A stretch of 64,000 nt of DNA from Chlamydiia bacterium (GCA_963804085.1 CAWDOQ010000002.1:256001-320000), one strand, 5' to 3'; positions 17,110 to 27,594 are shown, numbered from the stretch's first letter. Made by a program: numbers and translations. Notes: a model not told the origin generated them from the letters alone.

Positions 17110-19961
17110 ATGCGACGCATTGTTTGTTTTGCCGTTTTTTATGGGACAGTGTCCAACTCGATTCTCTTTTCTGCAACATGGAATTTAAACGCGAACGGCA
17201 ATTGGAATGTGAATGGCAATTGGACTTCGCCTTCTATCTTTCCCAATGGTGTAGATGCTGTTGCCATTTTCGGCAATGTGATCACAGCCAATCGAAACGT
17301 GACGCTAGGACAGGACATTACAATAGGGACAATAAATTTCGACGACAACAATCGCTATACCATCACCGCTGCGGCTATAGACGCGCTTACATTTGATGTC
17401 AGTTCGGGAAATGCAGCAATCAATATCACTAATGCAAACGGAAATGGACCTCATCGCATTCTCAACGATATGGTTTTTAATGACACTATTGTAATCGATC
17501 ACAACTCAACAGGAATATTTACCCTCTCAGGGATGATTTCGGGAAGCGGGGGGCTAACAAAAACCGGTTCTGGCACAACAGAACTGGATAACAGCACTAA
17601 TGATTATGCAGGAATTACCACAGTCAACGCAGGCGTTCTCGACTATATCACAGCCGGCTCCATTCTAGGCGGCAATACAGTAATCATCAACGGAGGCTCG
17701 CTTACTATCGACCAGACGATGGGAGGATCTGACGCATTAAATATCACAATCAATTCCTTGGGGACGCTTAACCAAGGAACCAATGATACAATTCGTTTGC
17801 TTACCCTGCAAGGAGCAGGAGATCTGGTCTTGACTACTTCTACTGGCGGAGGAAGTCTTTTAGAATTTGAAGGAACAGGAGCCGACACCACCTTTTCGGG
17901 TGCGATCTCGGGAGGCGCTACGAGTGGATCGAGTAATCCCAATGTAGGCAACCGTATAAGAAAACTAGGCTCTTCTGCTCTAACTCTTACAGGGTCTAGC
18001 AGTTATGTCTCTAGAACCTTTCTCAACGAAGGTGTGATCAATGTTCAAAATTCTAATGCTTTGGGCGCAGCAGGAGCAAATAGCGGCGTTTTTATAGAAG
18101 CAACGAGTGCCGCCCTTGAAGTGCAAAATAATATCACTTTGAGCAAAGCGTTAAATTTAAATGGATCGGGAATCGGCGGTAATGGAGCACTGCGAAGCAT
18201 AAGCGGAAACAACACTTTAAGTGATACAGTACAAATCGGCTGGTCCGGTGGACCTGTCTCACAAGCTGCCGCTACAATTGGCGTTGATGCTGATGTGTTA
18301 ACCATAAGTGGAACGCTGCAGGGATCTCAAAGTTTTATAAAAGTCGGAGCAGGAACATTACTGCTTTCCGGAACGGGCAACATCACTTCCAGCACTGCAA
18401 TAAACCAGGGAAAACTCCAGGTAACCGGATCTTACACAAGCACGGGCGGCCTTTCGGTAGCATCGGGAGCCATTTTAGCGGGAACCGGGACAGTGACTAG
18501 CAGCTCCTCCATCAGCGGGACCCTTGCACCCGGAAACAGCATTGGGACAATCATATTAGTAGGCACCGAAACCCTACAGTCTGGGTCGACACTTGAAATC
18601 GAAACTTCCCCCGCATTGGCAGATCGAGTAAATATCACCGGGACTCTAACCATTCAACCGGGCTCTACTCTTAAAGTCATCCCGGAAGCAGGAGTCTACT
18701 CCAAACAAACCTCCTATCTGATTGTTCATACAACTGGAGGCGTAACAGATACGTTTAGTGCGTTCAACATGACACTTCCTACGTTTTCTGCAACCGCTCA
18801 ATATACTGCTACCGACATTTTTTTAATTTTATCCACAGTTCCCTTTTCCAATCTGATAAAACACGGTAATGCAGGAGCTATAGCTAAATGCCTCTCTACC
18901 GCCACTCCCTCGGCAGGCAGCGATCTTTCCCTTATCATCGCACAATTGCAGTTTTTCACCCTCGATGAGATCCGCAATGCTTTGAATCAGATGCAAGCCT
19001 CAGCTCTTACCTCTCTTGCTCTTGCACAGGAATATTCGACTCTTTATATGAACGACGCTATTTTTGATCGTCTGGATCAACTGATCCGCCCTCGCGCATT
19101 CCGCCTACCAAGCAAGCGCCTCTCATTTTGGTGCGTGCCATTCGGCGCACTGAGTAGGCAGCAAGAAAAAAAGAAGAGCCGGGGTATCGCACGTGGACAG
19201 GCGGCTTCACAACCGGTCTTGACTACGCATGGGACAAAGGGATCGTAGCAGGAACAAGCGCAGGATATAGCTACATAGACCTATCTTGGAATGAGCGGCG
19301 CGGCCACTCTGTGATGCAAAACGGATATGGCGCGATTTATGGTAGTTTCCAAAACGATCTTTGTTATTTGTTTACGAGTGTAATTGGGGGTTATAACCAC
19401 TATGCCGTCTCGCGCCACATCATCTTTCCACAGGACTCTATCATCCCTGTCAACCGTAGAGCAAAAAGCAATCACAATGGACTCCAAGGATCAGGACACT
19501 TAAAAACCGGTCTTTTCTTCCAATATAACCATTTTAAACTCTGCCCTTTTGTTGCTGCCGATTATATCTACTTACACGAACAGAGCTTTAAAGAACATGG
19601 AGCCAAGAGCTTAGATCTGGATGTAAGCAAGAAAAACTCCAACTTTCTCGATTTAGAAGCCGGCTTTCAAATATCGGGGTATTTCTGCTCGAAAAAGAGT
19701 AAATTCTCTCCGACGATCGGAGTAAGCATTATTAGAGAGGAACGATTTCAAGGGCAACACTATCGCGCTAATTTGAAAGACTCCTCATGCACTTTTACTG
19801 TGACAGGGCTTAACCCCAACCGCACATTATGCGGCACAAAAGCAGGCTTTACTACGCTTTTGCCCAACGAAAATTGCACCCTTTCTTTCGATTATCTTGG
19901 AAGATATGGAACTAACTTCCAAGATAGCGTCGTTGAAGCGAGCTTTCTCTACCGGTTTTAA
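17110..19961 (+). CDS. Autotransporter with passenger-associated beta-strand repeats; barrel out of frame at A7 (19166-19172)
   Basis: LTKTGSGTTEL and KVGAGTLLLSG repeats; adding one A gives EEPGYRTWTGGFTTGLDY continuing into a barrel ending FLYRF. Confidence 0.88.
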
Positions 19962-19982
19962 ATGCGCAGATTAGAGAGAAAG

Positions 19983-20121
19983 CGCTCTCCTCAGTAGACT
20001 CCCACCTATGCGATGGGCACCCCTCCTTTGGAAAGATTCACTTTGACAAAAGCTCGCTACGCTTAAACTGGCGCGTCATCGGCCCCAAGAAAAACGAAGA
20101 GATCGACTACTTTTATGCTTA
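19983..20121 (+). repeat. 139-bp direct repeat, copy 2
   Basis: About 96% identical to 14852-14990; frame intact (LSSVDSHLCDGHPSFGKIHF...DYFYA*). Confidence 0.95.
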
Positions 20122-20130
20122 GTATAGGAT

Positions 20131-20191
20131 CATTTATAGGGCCACTTATAGGGCCACTTATAGGGCCATTTTTAGGGCCATTTGCAGGTCC
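20131..20191. repeat. 12-bp tandem repeat (TTATAGGGCCAC-like), about 5 degenerate copies
   Basis: catttatagggc cacttatagggc cacttatagggc catttttagggc catttgcaggtc. Confidence 0.85.
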
Positions 20192-20385
20192 AAATTCTCT
20201 CAACGCAGGCGTACTTAGAATTTTATCTACCGTGCTCTCTCAATAATCTTCGTAGAGAGGCACCCATGTTGATCATCGATAAAGAGGCATTTATAGAGGC
20301 ATTAAATTAAAATTTTCGTATTGCTCGGCACCTTCTGAATATTTGATGTCCAGAAAAACTCCCTTGGCCTAAAATCCTAGAACTT

Positions 20386-21792
20386 ATGTCTAAAACGCTT
20401 ACTGTCTTTACTTTGGCGATGATCAACGTTGCGGCGGTCATCAGCGTGCGCAACCTGCCCACCATTGCGGAGTATGGCTTCTCTTCGCTCTTTTTCTTTG
20501 CACTCGCTGCGCTGCTCTTTTTTGTTCCTGTCTCTATGGTCTCTGCAGAACTGGCTACCGGTTGGCCGCATACCGGCGGGGTCTTTGCATGGGTAAAAGA
20601 GGCGTTTGGACATCGAACCGGCTTTTTGGCGATCTGGCTTCTCTGGGCAGAAAATGTGATCTACTACCCCGCTCTCTTGTCCTTCATTGCAGGGACGATC
20701 GCCTATGTCGTCAATCCTGCTCTTGCGCAGAACACTGTCTATACGATGTCTATTATTCTCGCAGTCTTTTGGGTTACGACGATTGCCAATCTATTCGGGA
20801 TGCGCACCTCTGCTTGGATCAGCACTTTTGGGGTCATCACGGGGACGATCATTCCGGGTGCACTGATCATTGGTCTGGGATTCCTCTGGTACTGTTCTGG
20901 AAATCCCCTGCAGATCTCCTTTTCTTGGGACAGCTTAATTCCTGACATGAGCTCCCCCAACCAGCTCGTTCTCTTTTCAGGAGTGCTGGTCGCTTTTTGT
21001 GGTATCGAGATGTCCGCTGTCCATGCGCGTGACGTGAAGAGTCCGCAAAAGAACTATCCCAAAGCGATTCTCCTCTCGGCTCTTTTGATTATGGGGTTGT
21101 ATGTGCTAGGCGTTTTGGCGATCGCTATTGTGATCCCACAAAAGGAGATCAGTCTGGTCGCAGGATCGCTCCAAGCCTTCTCTGTCTTTGTAAACGCATA
21201 CGGACTCAACTGGCTAACGCCGATCATAGCGATTCTGCTCGCTCTGGGAGCATTCGGCACCCTTAGCACCTGGATAGCAGGGCCGAGCAAGGGGCTTTTG
21301 GGAGCGGCTCAAAGCGGAGATCTTCCTCCCTTTTTCCGTAAGCTCAATAAGCGCGGAATGCCGGCAGCTCTTCTCATCACGCAAGGCGTGATCGTCACGT
21401 TATTCTCTTTAATCTTTTTGGTGATGCCAACGGTGAGCAGCGCCTACTGGATCTTAAACGCGATGATCGCTCAGCTCTACCTTGTGATGTACGTGCTGCT
21501 CTTTGCTGCCGCGATCAAGCTGCGCTACAAAAGGCCCGATGTCGTAAGAGCTTACAAAGTCCCCGGAGGCATTGTAGGTATGTGGTGTGTAGCAGGCCTT
21601 GGTCTTATCGGATCGATCGCGACATTCTGCATCGGCTTTTTCCCACCTGCACAGATCCAGACAGGCAATACGCTCTTCTACGTCGCCTTTCTTTTCCTTG
21701 GCATTGTTCTAGCGTGCTGGGCCCCTTCGCTGATCCTTCTCTTTAAAAAGCCGAGCTGGTCAAAAGAGCTCGGCCAAGAAAAATCCTCTTAA
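20386..21792 (+). CDS. APC-family amino acid permease (GadC/XasA-like)
   Basis: SVRNLP, AELATGWP..GGVFAWV, GIEMSAVHA, AMIAQLYLVMY; 12 TM. Confidence 0.9.
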   Translation: MSKTLTVFTLAMINVAAVISVRNLPTIAEYGFSSLFFFALAALLFFVPVSMVSAELATGWPHTGGVFAWVKEAFGHRTGFLAIWLLWAENVIYYPALLSFIAGTIAYVVNPALAQNTVYTMSIILAVFWVTTIANLFGMRTSAWISTFGVITGTIIPGALIIGLGFLWYCSGNPLQISFSWDSLIPDMSSPNQLVLFSGVLVAFCGIEMSAVHARDVKSPQKNYPKAILLSALLIMGLYVLGVLAIAIVIPQKEISLVAGSLQAFSVFVNAYGLNWLTPIIAILLALGAFGTLSTWIAGPSKGLLGAAQSGDLPPFFRKLNKRGMPAALLITQGVIVTLFSLIFLVMPTVSSAYWILNAMIAQLYLVMYVLLFAAAIKLRYKRPDVVRAYKVPGGIVGMWCVAGLGLIGSIATFCIGFFPPAQIQTGNTLFYVAFLFLGIVLACWAPSLILLFKKPSWSKELGQEKSS

Positions 21793-22724
21793 GTTCCTCT
21801 TTTCAGCAGTCGGAAGGCGACTGAGCCTATCAGGCATGCTACCGCGATAAAGATAGAAGATTTTGCTACTACGCTTTTGGGAGCTTCTGTCGAGACAGGA
21901 GGCTTTAGTCTGCGTGCAGCACGAAAAGTAAGAGCCGGCGAGGCATCCTCTGATCCATTCCAGTCAGGGTCTTTCAAGCTGCTAATGTGGACGTTGGGTT
22001 TTTGCTCTCGTACTACGGCATGGATAAATTTTTCACTGTTAAGAGCCATTCCTACGTGTCTGATTTTATCTTGTGCTGTTCCGAAAAAAATCAGGTCGCC
22101 GGATTCTATCTCATCGATTTCAACAGACTTGAACCCTTGCCAGCTAAGCTGGTCTTTGGAGTCTCTCGGAAGATTCACTCCCATCTCTTTGTAGAGCGTC
22201 TGGGTAAACCCAGAGCAATCAAATCCTAAACTAGATCTTCCTCCCCAAGCATAGGGCACTTTTAAGAAATCGTGGCTCAGTGCCACCATCTCTTTTTTGC
22301 TAAGAGGGTTGAGATCTTTTGTAATATCACCTCTTTGGATAAACACTTCTTTTCCATCTACAAGCGCGACTTTAATCCAACGCTGCCCTTGTTGTTCTTC
22401 GAGGATTTTAAGACGGCTGCCAAAAGGCAGTATGCCATAAGGACCAAACTCGGTATCTGCAACGGAATAGACATGGGCTTGCATCTGTTTTACTTTGGCG
22501 ATGGTCTCTCCTTGGAAAAAGTCCTTCTCTTGCTGAGCCAAAGCAGTGCCTTCCACCCAACCTGAATACTGATCGACTCTTGTTTGGATCTGTACCCATC
22601 TGTTGGAACGCTGCAAAATCGTGACTTCTTCGGAATAAACTGCATCAGAGACAACCTTGCTAGTTTCGTCTGCAAGCTCTCGCATAGGTGCACGTGGTAT
22701 TCGGATGTATGCAAATAGTGCCAT
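21789..22724 (-). CDS. SH3 + NlpC/P60 peptidoglycan peptidase (YkfC-like) with a C-terminal hydrophobic tail
   Basis: PYAWGGRSSLGFDCSGF, LPRDS, GDLIFF, HVGM, FIHA. Confidence 0.9.
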   Translation of the reverse strand: MALFAYIRIPRAPMRELADETSKVVSDAVYSEEVTILQRSNRWVQIQTRVDQYSGWVEGTALAQQEKDFFQGETIAKVKQMQAHVYSVADTEFGPYGILPFGSRLKILEEQQGQRWIKVALVDGKEVFIQRGDITKDLNPLSKKEMVALSHDFLKVPYAWGGRSSLGFDCSGFTQTLYKEMGVNLPRDSKDQLSWQGFKSVEIDEIESGDLIFFGTAQDKIRHVGMALNSEKFIHAVVREQKPNVHISSLKDPDWNGSEDASPALTFRAARRLKPPVSTEAPKSVVAKSSIFIAVACLIGSVAFRLLKRGT

Positions 22725-22789
22725 ATTCTTCTCCTCCTAAAAGTTGAGAAGAAAAATCTTAGGCTTTTTATTGCAAATCTTGCAAGAAA

Positions 22790-22969
22790 TTATTTGCTGG
22801 CGACGCAGCCGCAACCGCTTTGAGAATCGCCGCTTGCACAATTACAGCCGCTTTTGCAGTTGCACCCTTTGTGTTGCTTTGCCACTTCGGTAGCTTGAGG
22901 TCCTGAGTCGCATGCAGTAAAAGCGATGCCGCTTGCGCATGTTAGAAGTAGAATTGCCATCTTTTTCAT
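22790..22969 (-). CDS. Unannotated 59-aa Cys-rich lipoprotein (three CxC motifs)
   Basis: RBS AAGGAG overlapping the cyoE stop; MKKMAILLLTCASGIAFTA-CDSGPQATEVAKQHKGCNCKSGCNCASGDSQSGCGCVASK*. Confidence 0.8.
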   Translation of the reverse strand: MKKMAILLLTCASGIAFTACDSGPQATEVAKQHKGCNCKSGCNCASGDSQSGCGCVASK

Positions 22970-22979
22970 AGATGCTCCT

Positions 22980-23822
22980 TTAATTTACACAGATGATGAT
23001 AGACAAAAACGTGATAACGACTAATGAAAAACGAAACATTTTGCGCGCCCACAGCTTGTCATTGCTACTCTTAAATCCTTGTACGCACAAGTAAAGCCAA
23101 GCTGCGCCTAGCACGAGCGCCATTGCTAAAAAGAGGTAGCCGACGTAACCAAAAAAGGTGAGCATGGCACAAGCTGCCATAAACGCTGCGATGTACAGAA
23201 CCATCTGCACTTTTGTCGCGTGCATTCCTCTTTTTATCGGTAAAACGGGAATGGATGCAGCGGCGTATTCTTCTAAGCGGTAGATGGCGATCGAGAAGAA
23301 ATGGGGCATTTGCCAAAGGACAAGCACCAGAAAGAGAAGAAACGCTCCGCCATCTAAGCGGTTGCTGACAGCGCAGTAGCCGACGACGGGCGGTACTGCC
23401 CCCGCGATGCTTCCGATGAGGGTGGCGTGGGTGGTCTTGTATTTCCAGATGGTATAGAGCACGACGTAGACAAAGAAACCACCAAGAGCGATTAAAAGCG
23501 TGAGGAGATTAGTAGAGACGGACAAGACAAGTGCACCGCCAAGTCCCAGCACTACCGCAAATACAAGTGCGCTTCTGATAGAGATCTCACCTTTGGGAAG
23601 GGCTCGATCTTTGGTGCGCTCCATCTTTTCATCGGCTACGCGGTCCAAGTAGTTATTGAAGACGCAGCCCGATGCCATAACGCAAGCAAGACCTAGCAGC
23701 GTTGCAAAAAGAAGCCAGGGGTTGATATCGCCTTTTGAGACGAGAAAAAACCCGCCGATTGCCGTGATTATGTTGCCGATTAAGATGCCGGGCTTTGTGA
23801 GGAGGTAGTAAGCTTTAACCAT
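22980..23822 (-). CDS. cyoE: Protoheme IX farnesyltransferase
   Basis: LTKPGI, NNYLDRVADEKMERTKDR, WQMPHF. Confidence 0.96.
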   Translation of the reverse strand: MVKAYYLLTKPGILIGNIITAIGGFFLVSKGDINPWLLFATLLGLACVMASGCVFNNYLDRVADEKMERTKDRALPKGEISIRSALVFAVVLGLGGALVLSVSTNLLTLLIALGGFFVYVVLYTIWKYKTTHATLIGSIAGAVPPVVGYCAVSNRLDGGAFLLFLVLVLWQMPHFFSIAIYRLEEYAAASIPVLPIKRGMHATKVQMVLYIAAFMAACAMLTFFGYVGYLFLAMALVLGAAWLYLCVQGFKSSNDKLWARKMFRFSLVVITFLSIIICVN

Positions 23823-24138
23823 GGTCCATCAGGTTGTAGTTTAAGTGGTACATAATCCAGAGCGATCCAAAGACTATAAGAATGGTCACCATGACCATGA
23901 AAAGAAGAACGATCAGATTCCAGCGCGGCTTGTGATCGTTGCGCAAGTTGATGAACAGGAGTAGAAGCGCCCAGGCTTGCAGAAGAGCCAAGCTTGCAAC
24001 AGTAGTGTCTAAAACCCAGCCGGAAAGGAGTTTTTTCACCACTAAAAGATAGGCAAGCAGGGTTAAAACTAAAGAGAATGCGCATCCCATGAGATAGGAC
24101 TTAAGACTGGTCTGTACCAGCTGGCTCTCTTTTTTCAT
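23815..24138 (-). CDS. cyoD: Cytochrome bo3 oxidase subunit IV
   Basis: SYLMGCAFSLVLTL, GSLWIMYHLNYN; operon position. Confidence 0.9.
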   Translation of the reverse strand: MKKESQLVQTSLKSYLMGCAFSLVLTLLAYLLVVKKLLSGWVLDTTVASLALLQAWALLLLFINLRNDHKPRWNLIVLLFMVMVTILIVFGSLWIMYHLNYNLMDHG

Positions 24139-24707
24139 GCTGCCCCCATCAAATACACAAACGTGAACATAAAGACCCAAACGAGATAAGAGAAAAACCA
24201 GAACATTCCCAAGCAGGTCATCCTTCTGATCGTCACTTCAATAACACCACAGCGCCAGATCTGTCCTCCAAATAGAATTATAAACAGAAGGCCAAACGCA
24301 ACGTGCAGCCAGTGTGTACCGACCAGTGTGAAGTAGGAGGATAAAAAGCCGCTCTTTGTCCAGGTATAACCTGCATCTATAAGAGCTGTGGCCTCTTTTG
24401 CTACTTGTGTCAAAAAGACAAGTCCTAACACGAAGGTGGCTCCCAGCCAGGCTAAAATCTTCTTCTTCTCTTGCCTGCCGAGCGCCACCATAGCCATGCC
24501 AAAAGTGAAGCAGCTAGCGAGCAGGACCAACGTGTCGATGAGTGCAAAATGTACGTCAAAGAGCTCGCGCGCGCTATCGTTTCTAAGCACCGCGTATGCG
24601 GCAAAGAGTGTGGCAAAGAGGATAAAATCGGTCATCAGATAGACCCAAAACCCAAAGATCGTATTAGAAGAGATATCGTGGTGTCCGTGGGCGCTAGACT
24701 CTTTCAT
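24135..24707 (-). CDS. cyoC: Cytochrome bo3 oxidase subunit III
   Basis: FGFWVYLMTDFILFATLF, FLSSYFTLVGTH. Confidence 0.95.
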   Translation of the reverse strand: MKESSAHGHHDISSNTIFGFWVYLMTDFILFATLFAAYAVLRNDSARELFDVHFALIDTLVLLASCFTFGMAMVALGRQEKKKILAWLGATFVLGLVFLTQVAKEATALIDAGYTWTKSGFLSSYFTLVGTHWLHVAFGLLFIILFGGQIWRCGVIEVTIRRMTCLGMFWFFSYLVWVFMFTFVYLMGAA

Positions 24708-26664
24708 GTTTTGCCTCGATTTCTTGGATTTTGCTCGCGGGGATAACCATCTCTGTCTCTTTTACGCATAGGCGCGCAACGAGACAGGCGAGCATGCCCA
24801 GAAAGCTTACGATGGCGAGCCAGTGAATGTGCCAGATGAGTCCAAACCCAAACATAAAACTTAGCACGCCGATGTACACGCCCAAGGGGCTGTTTTTAGG
24901 CATGTGGATGTCTTCATAGTGGCGCGCGTGGTGGGTTCTTTCGTGTTTCATCTTCCAAAAAGGATCCCTTGCATGCACCTCGGGAATGACTGCAAAATTA
25001 TAAAAAGGCGGAGGAGATGCAATCGACCATTCTAGCGTCCTGCCATTCCATGGATCGCCTGTGGTGTCGAGGTTTTGCTTGCGCTGCTTGATGCTGTAAT
25101 AGATTTGTAACACCTGCAAGCCGATGCCAATGCAAATGACAACCGCACCTGCTGCAGCCACCATAAAAAGAGGAGCCCAACCGGTGGATGCTTCGTAGTG
25201 GTCCAAGCGCCGTGTCGCGCCCATAAGCCCCAAAATGTAAAGCGGCAGGAAGGCGAGTAGAAAACCCAAAATCCAGGCAAAACAGGCCCACTCACCGAGC
25301 TTTTCGTGCAGCTTAAAACCGAAAATTTTAGGAAACCAGTAGGTGAAGCCGGCAAAAATGCCGAATAGGACACCGCCAATGATCACAGAGTGGAAGTGGG
25401 CGATCAAAAAGAGGCTGTTGTGCACTTGAAAGTCGACCGGCGCAATAGACATCAGCACACCATCCATACCGCCGATAGTAAAGACGATCACAAAACCTAT
25501 GAACCAGAGCATGGGAGTTGTAAAGAAGACCCTTCCTTTATACATCGTAAAAAGCCAGTTGAAGACTTTTACGCCGGTAGGAACTGAGATGATCATCGTC
25601 ATAAAGCCAAAAAATGCATTGACGTTGGCTCCTGCTCCCATCGTAAAGAAGTGGTGGAGCCAAACGATGAAGGCAAGAAAGGTGATCGCAATAATTGCCC
25701 ACACCATCGAGACGTAGCCAAATAGACGCTTATGCGAAAAGGTGGCCACCACTTCGGAAAAAATGCCGAATGCGGGCAATACAAGAATGTAGACCTCGGG
25801 GTGTCCCCACGCCCAGATCAGGTTGACATACATCATCGGATTACCACCAAAATCTGGCGTAAAAAAGTGCGTGCCAAAGAGCCGATCTAACGACAGCATG
25901 CCCCCTGTCGCGGTCAAGATAGGGAATGCTAAAACAATCAAAACAAGCGTCGCAAGCGTAGCCCAGATGAACTGCGGCATCTTCATCAATGTCATTCCCG
26001 GACAGCGCATTTTGAGGATCGTGACCAAAAAGTTAACTCCCGAAAGAAGCGTCCCCGCTCCAGAAATCTGGATGGTCCATAACCAATAATCGACCCCCAC
26101 ATCGGGACTGTATTTAATACCTGAAAGAGGCGGATAGGCGACCCATCCCGCTTGAGAAAAGTTGCCCACAACCAAGGAGACCAATAAGAGCATGGCTCCA
26201 GAAGCAAAGAGCCAGAAGCTGAGTGAATTAAGAAAAGGGAAGGCCACATCGCGCGCACCAATTTGGAGAGGCACAAGAAAGTTGATGAGCGCAAATATCA
26301 GCCCCATCGCAACAAAAAAGATCATCGTAGTGCCGTGTGCAGTAAAGAGCTGCTGGTAATGGTCTGTGCCCAGATAGCCATAGAAGTCGCCGACAGACAG
26401 GATCTGATGTATACGCATCATCACCGCATCCACCACTCCTTTAAATAACATGGCAGCCGAGACTATGAGATACATCACGCCGATTTTTTTGTGATCGAGT
26501 GTGGTGATCCATTCGTGCCAAAGCCATTTCCACTTTTTAAAATAGGATAGATAGATAACGATAGCAATCGTGGCAAAAAGCATCCCAATGCCCACACTAT
26601 TTTCGATCGCATCATGCTTGAAAGCATCCATGGTCAGTCTGCCAAATAGATCACTCAGTTGCAT
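24694..26664 (-). CDS. cyoB: Cytochrome bo3 ubiquinol oxidase subunit I
   Basis: GHPEVY, WLHHFF, AHFH heme-copper ligands. Confidence 0.98.
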   Translation of the reverse strand: MQLSDLFGRLTMDAFKHDAIENSVGIGMLFATIAIVIYLSYFKKWKWLWHEWITTLDHKKIGVMYLIVSAAMLFKGVVDAVMMRIHQILSVGDFYGYLGTDHYQQLFTAHGTTMIFFVAMGLIFALINFLVPLQIGARDVAFPFLNSLSFWLFASGAMLLLVSLVVGNFSQAGWVAYPPLSGIKYSPDVGVDYWLWTIQISGAGTLLSGVNFLVTILKMRCPGMTLMKMPQFIWATLATLVLIVLAFPILTATGGMLSLDRLFGTHFFTPDFGGNPMMYVNLIWAWGHPEVYILVLPAFGIFSEVVATFSHKRLFGYVSMVWAIIAITFLAFIVWLHHFFTMGAGANVNAFFGFMTMIISVPTGVKVFNWLFTMYKGRVFFTTPMLWFIGFVIVFTIGGMDGVLMSIAPVDFQVHNSLFLIAHFHSVIIGGVLFGIFAGFTYWFPKIFGFKLHEKLGEWACFAWILGFLLAFLPLYILGLMGATRRLDHYEASTGWAPLFMVAAAGAVVICIGIGLQVLQIYYSIKQRKQNLDTTGDPWNGRTLEWSIASPPPFYNFAVIPEVHARDPFWKMKHERTHHARHYEDIHMPKNSPLGVYIGVLSFMFGFGLIWHIHWLAIVSFLGMLACLVARLCVKETEMVIPASKIQEIEAKHERV

Positions 26665-27523
26665 GCTCCATCCCCATGTATTTATTTATGATTCGCTCAA
26701 AAAGATCTTCGACACCTAAACGATAAAACGATTCTGGATGATAGCTCGTCGGCTCTACCAGATGCTCATACCCACTCATATCAAGCTTGACTGATGACTC
26801 TTTGACAGCTCTTACCCATGCATTAAAATCCTCTTGCGAGCTGGACTTTGCGATAAACTTCATCCCCGAAAATCCTTCACCGCTGATATTGGCAGAAGAG
26901 CCCCTAAAACTATCGGACACATCTGCAATGAGATGTAGCTGCGACTTCATCCCTGCCATCGCATAGATCTGCCCCCCCAGCTGCGGGATCCAAAAAGAGT
27001 TCATCGGCGCATCTGCCGTAATCTCAAAATGAATCGGCACCTTTTCAGGAAACTGCACGAAATTCACCGTCGCAATCTTCTCTTTGGGATAGATGAAGAG
27101 CCATTTCCAATCGAGTGCGACCACTTGTATCGTCATCTTCTCATTGTGGCTCTCGATCGGTTTAAACGGATCTAGCTCGTGACACCCCTTCCAGTTATAG
27201 ATTCCAAGCACCACGATAATCACGCAAGGAATCGCCCACCAGGTCGTCTCGGCAAGCATGCTAAAATCCCAGTCGGGACGGTACTCAGCTTTTTTGTTGC
27301 TCGCTCGGTATTTCCAAGCGATGACAAAAGTCATGATGAACACAGGGATCACGACGATCAGCATGAGACCTGTCGCTATTGCAAGCAGCGTCCGCTGCTT
27401 CTCTGCGATCATTCCCTTGGGATTTAAAACAGCGATGTCATGGCTGAATAGAAAATAGATCGCCCAGCCGCCTACTCCTGCAAAGATGATCGCCAAAATG
27501 GCAAGTTTTGTTCTGTCAGACAT
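26651..27523 (-). CDS. cyoA: Cytochrome bo3 ubiquinol oxidase subunit II
   Basis: LNPKG, VVALDWKWLFIYP, MNSFWIPQLGGQIYAM; no CuA motif. Confidence 0.96.
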   Translation of the reverse strand: MSDRTKLAILAIIFAGVGGWAIYFLFSHDIAVLNPKGMIAEKQRTLLAIATGLMLIVVIPVFIMTFVIAWKYRASNKKAEYRPDWDFSMLAETTWWAIPCVIIVVLGIYNWKGCHELDPFKPIESHNEKMTIQVVALDWKWLFIYPKEKIATVNFVQFPEKVPIHFEITADAPMNSFWIPQLGGQIYAMAGMKSQLHLIADVSDSFRGSSANISGEGFSGMKFIAKSSSQEDFNAWVRAVKESSVKLDMSGYEHLVEPTSYHPESFYRLGVEDLFERIINKYMGMEHATE

Positions 27524-27594
27524 ATTTAGTTTTTCTTTTAACCGAAGCGATATCTGATGTCTAGTGTGGAGTTGTTACACAATTCTTTTTCTTG

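Noticed and set aside
14852-20121. 139-bp repeat pair as the TR/VR of a diversity-generating retroelement
   Set aside because: Only 2 of the 6 differences are at A in copy 1 (1 in copy 2), and there is no reverse transcriptase in the window.
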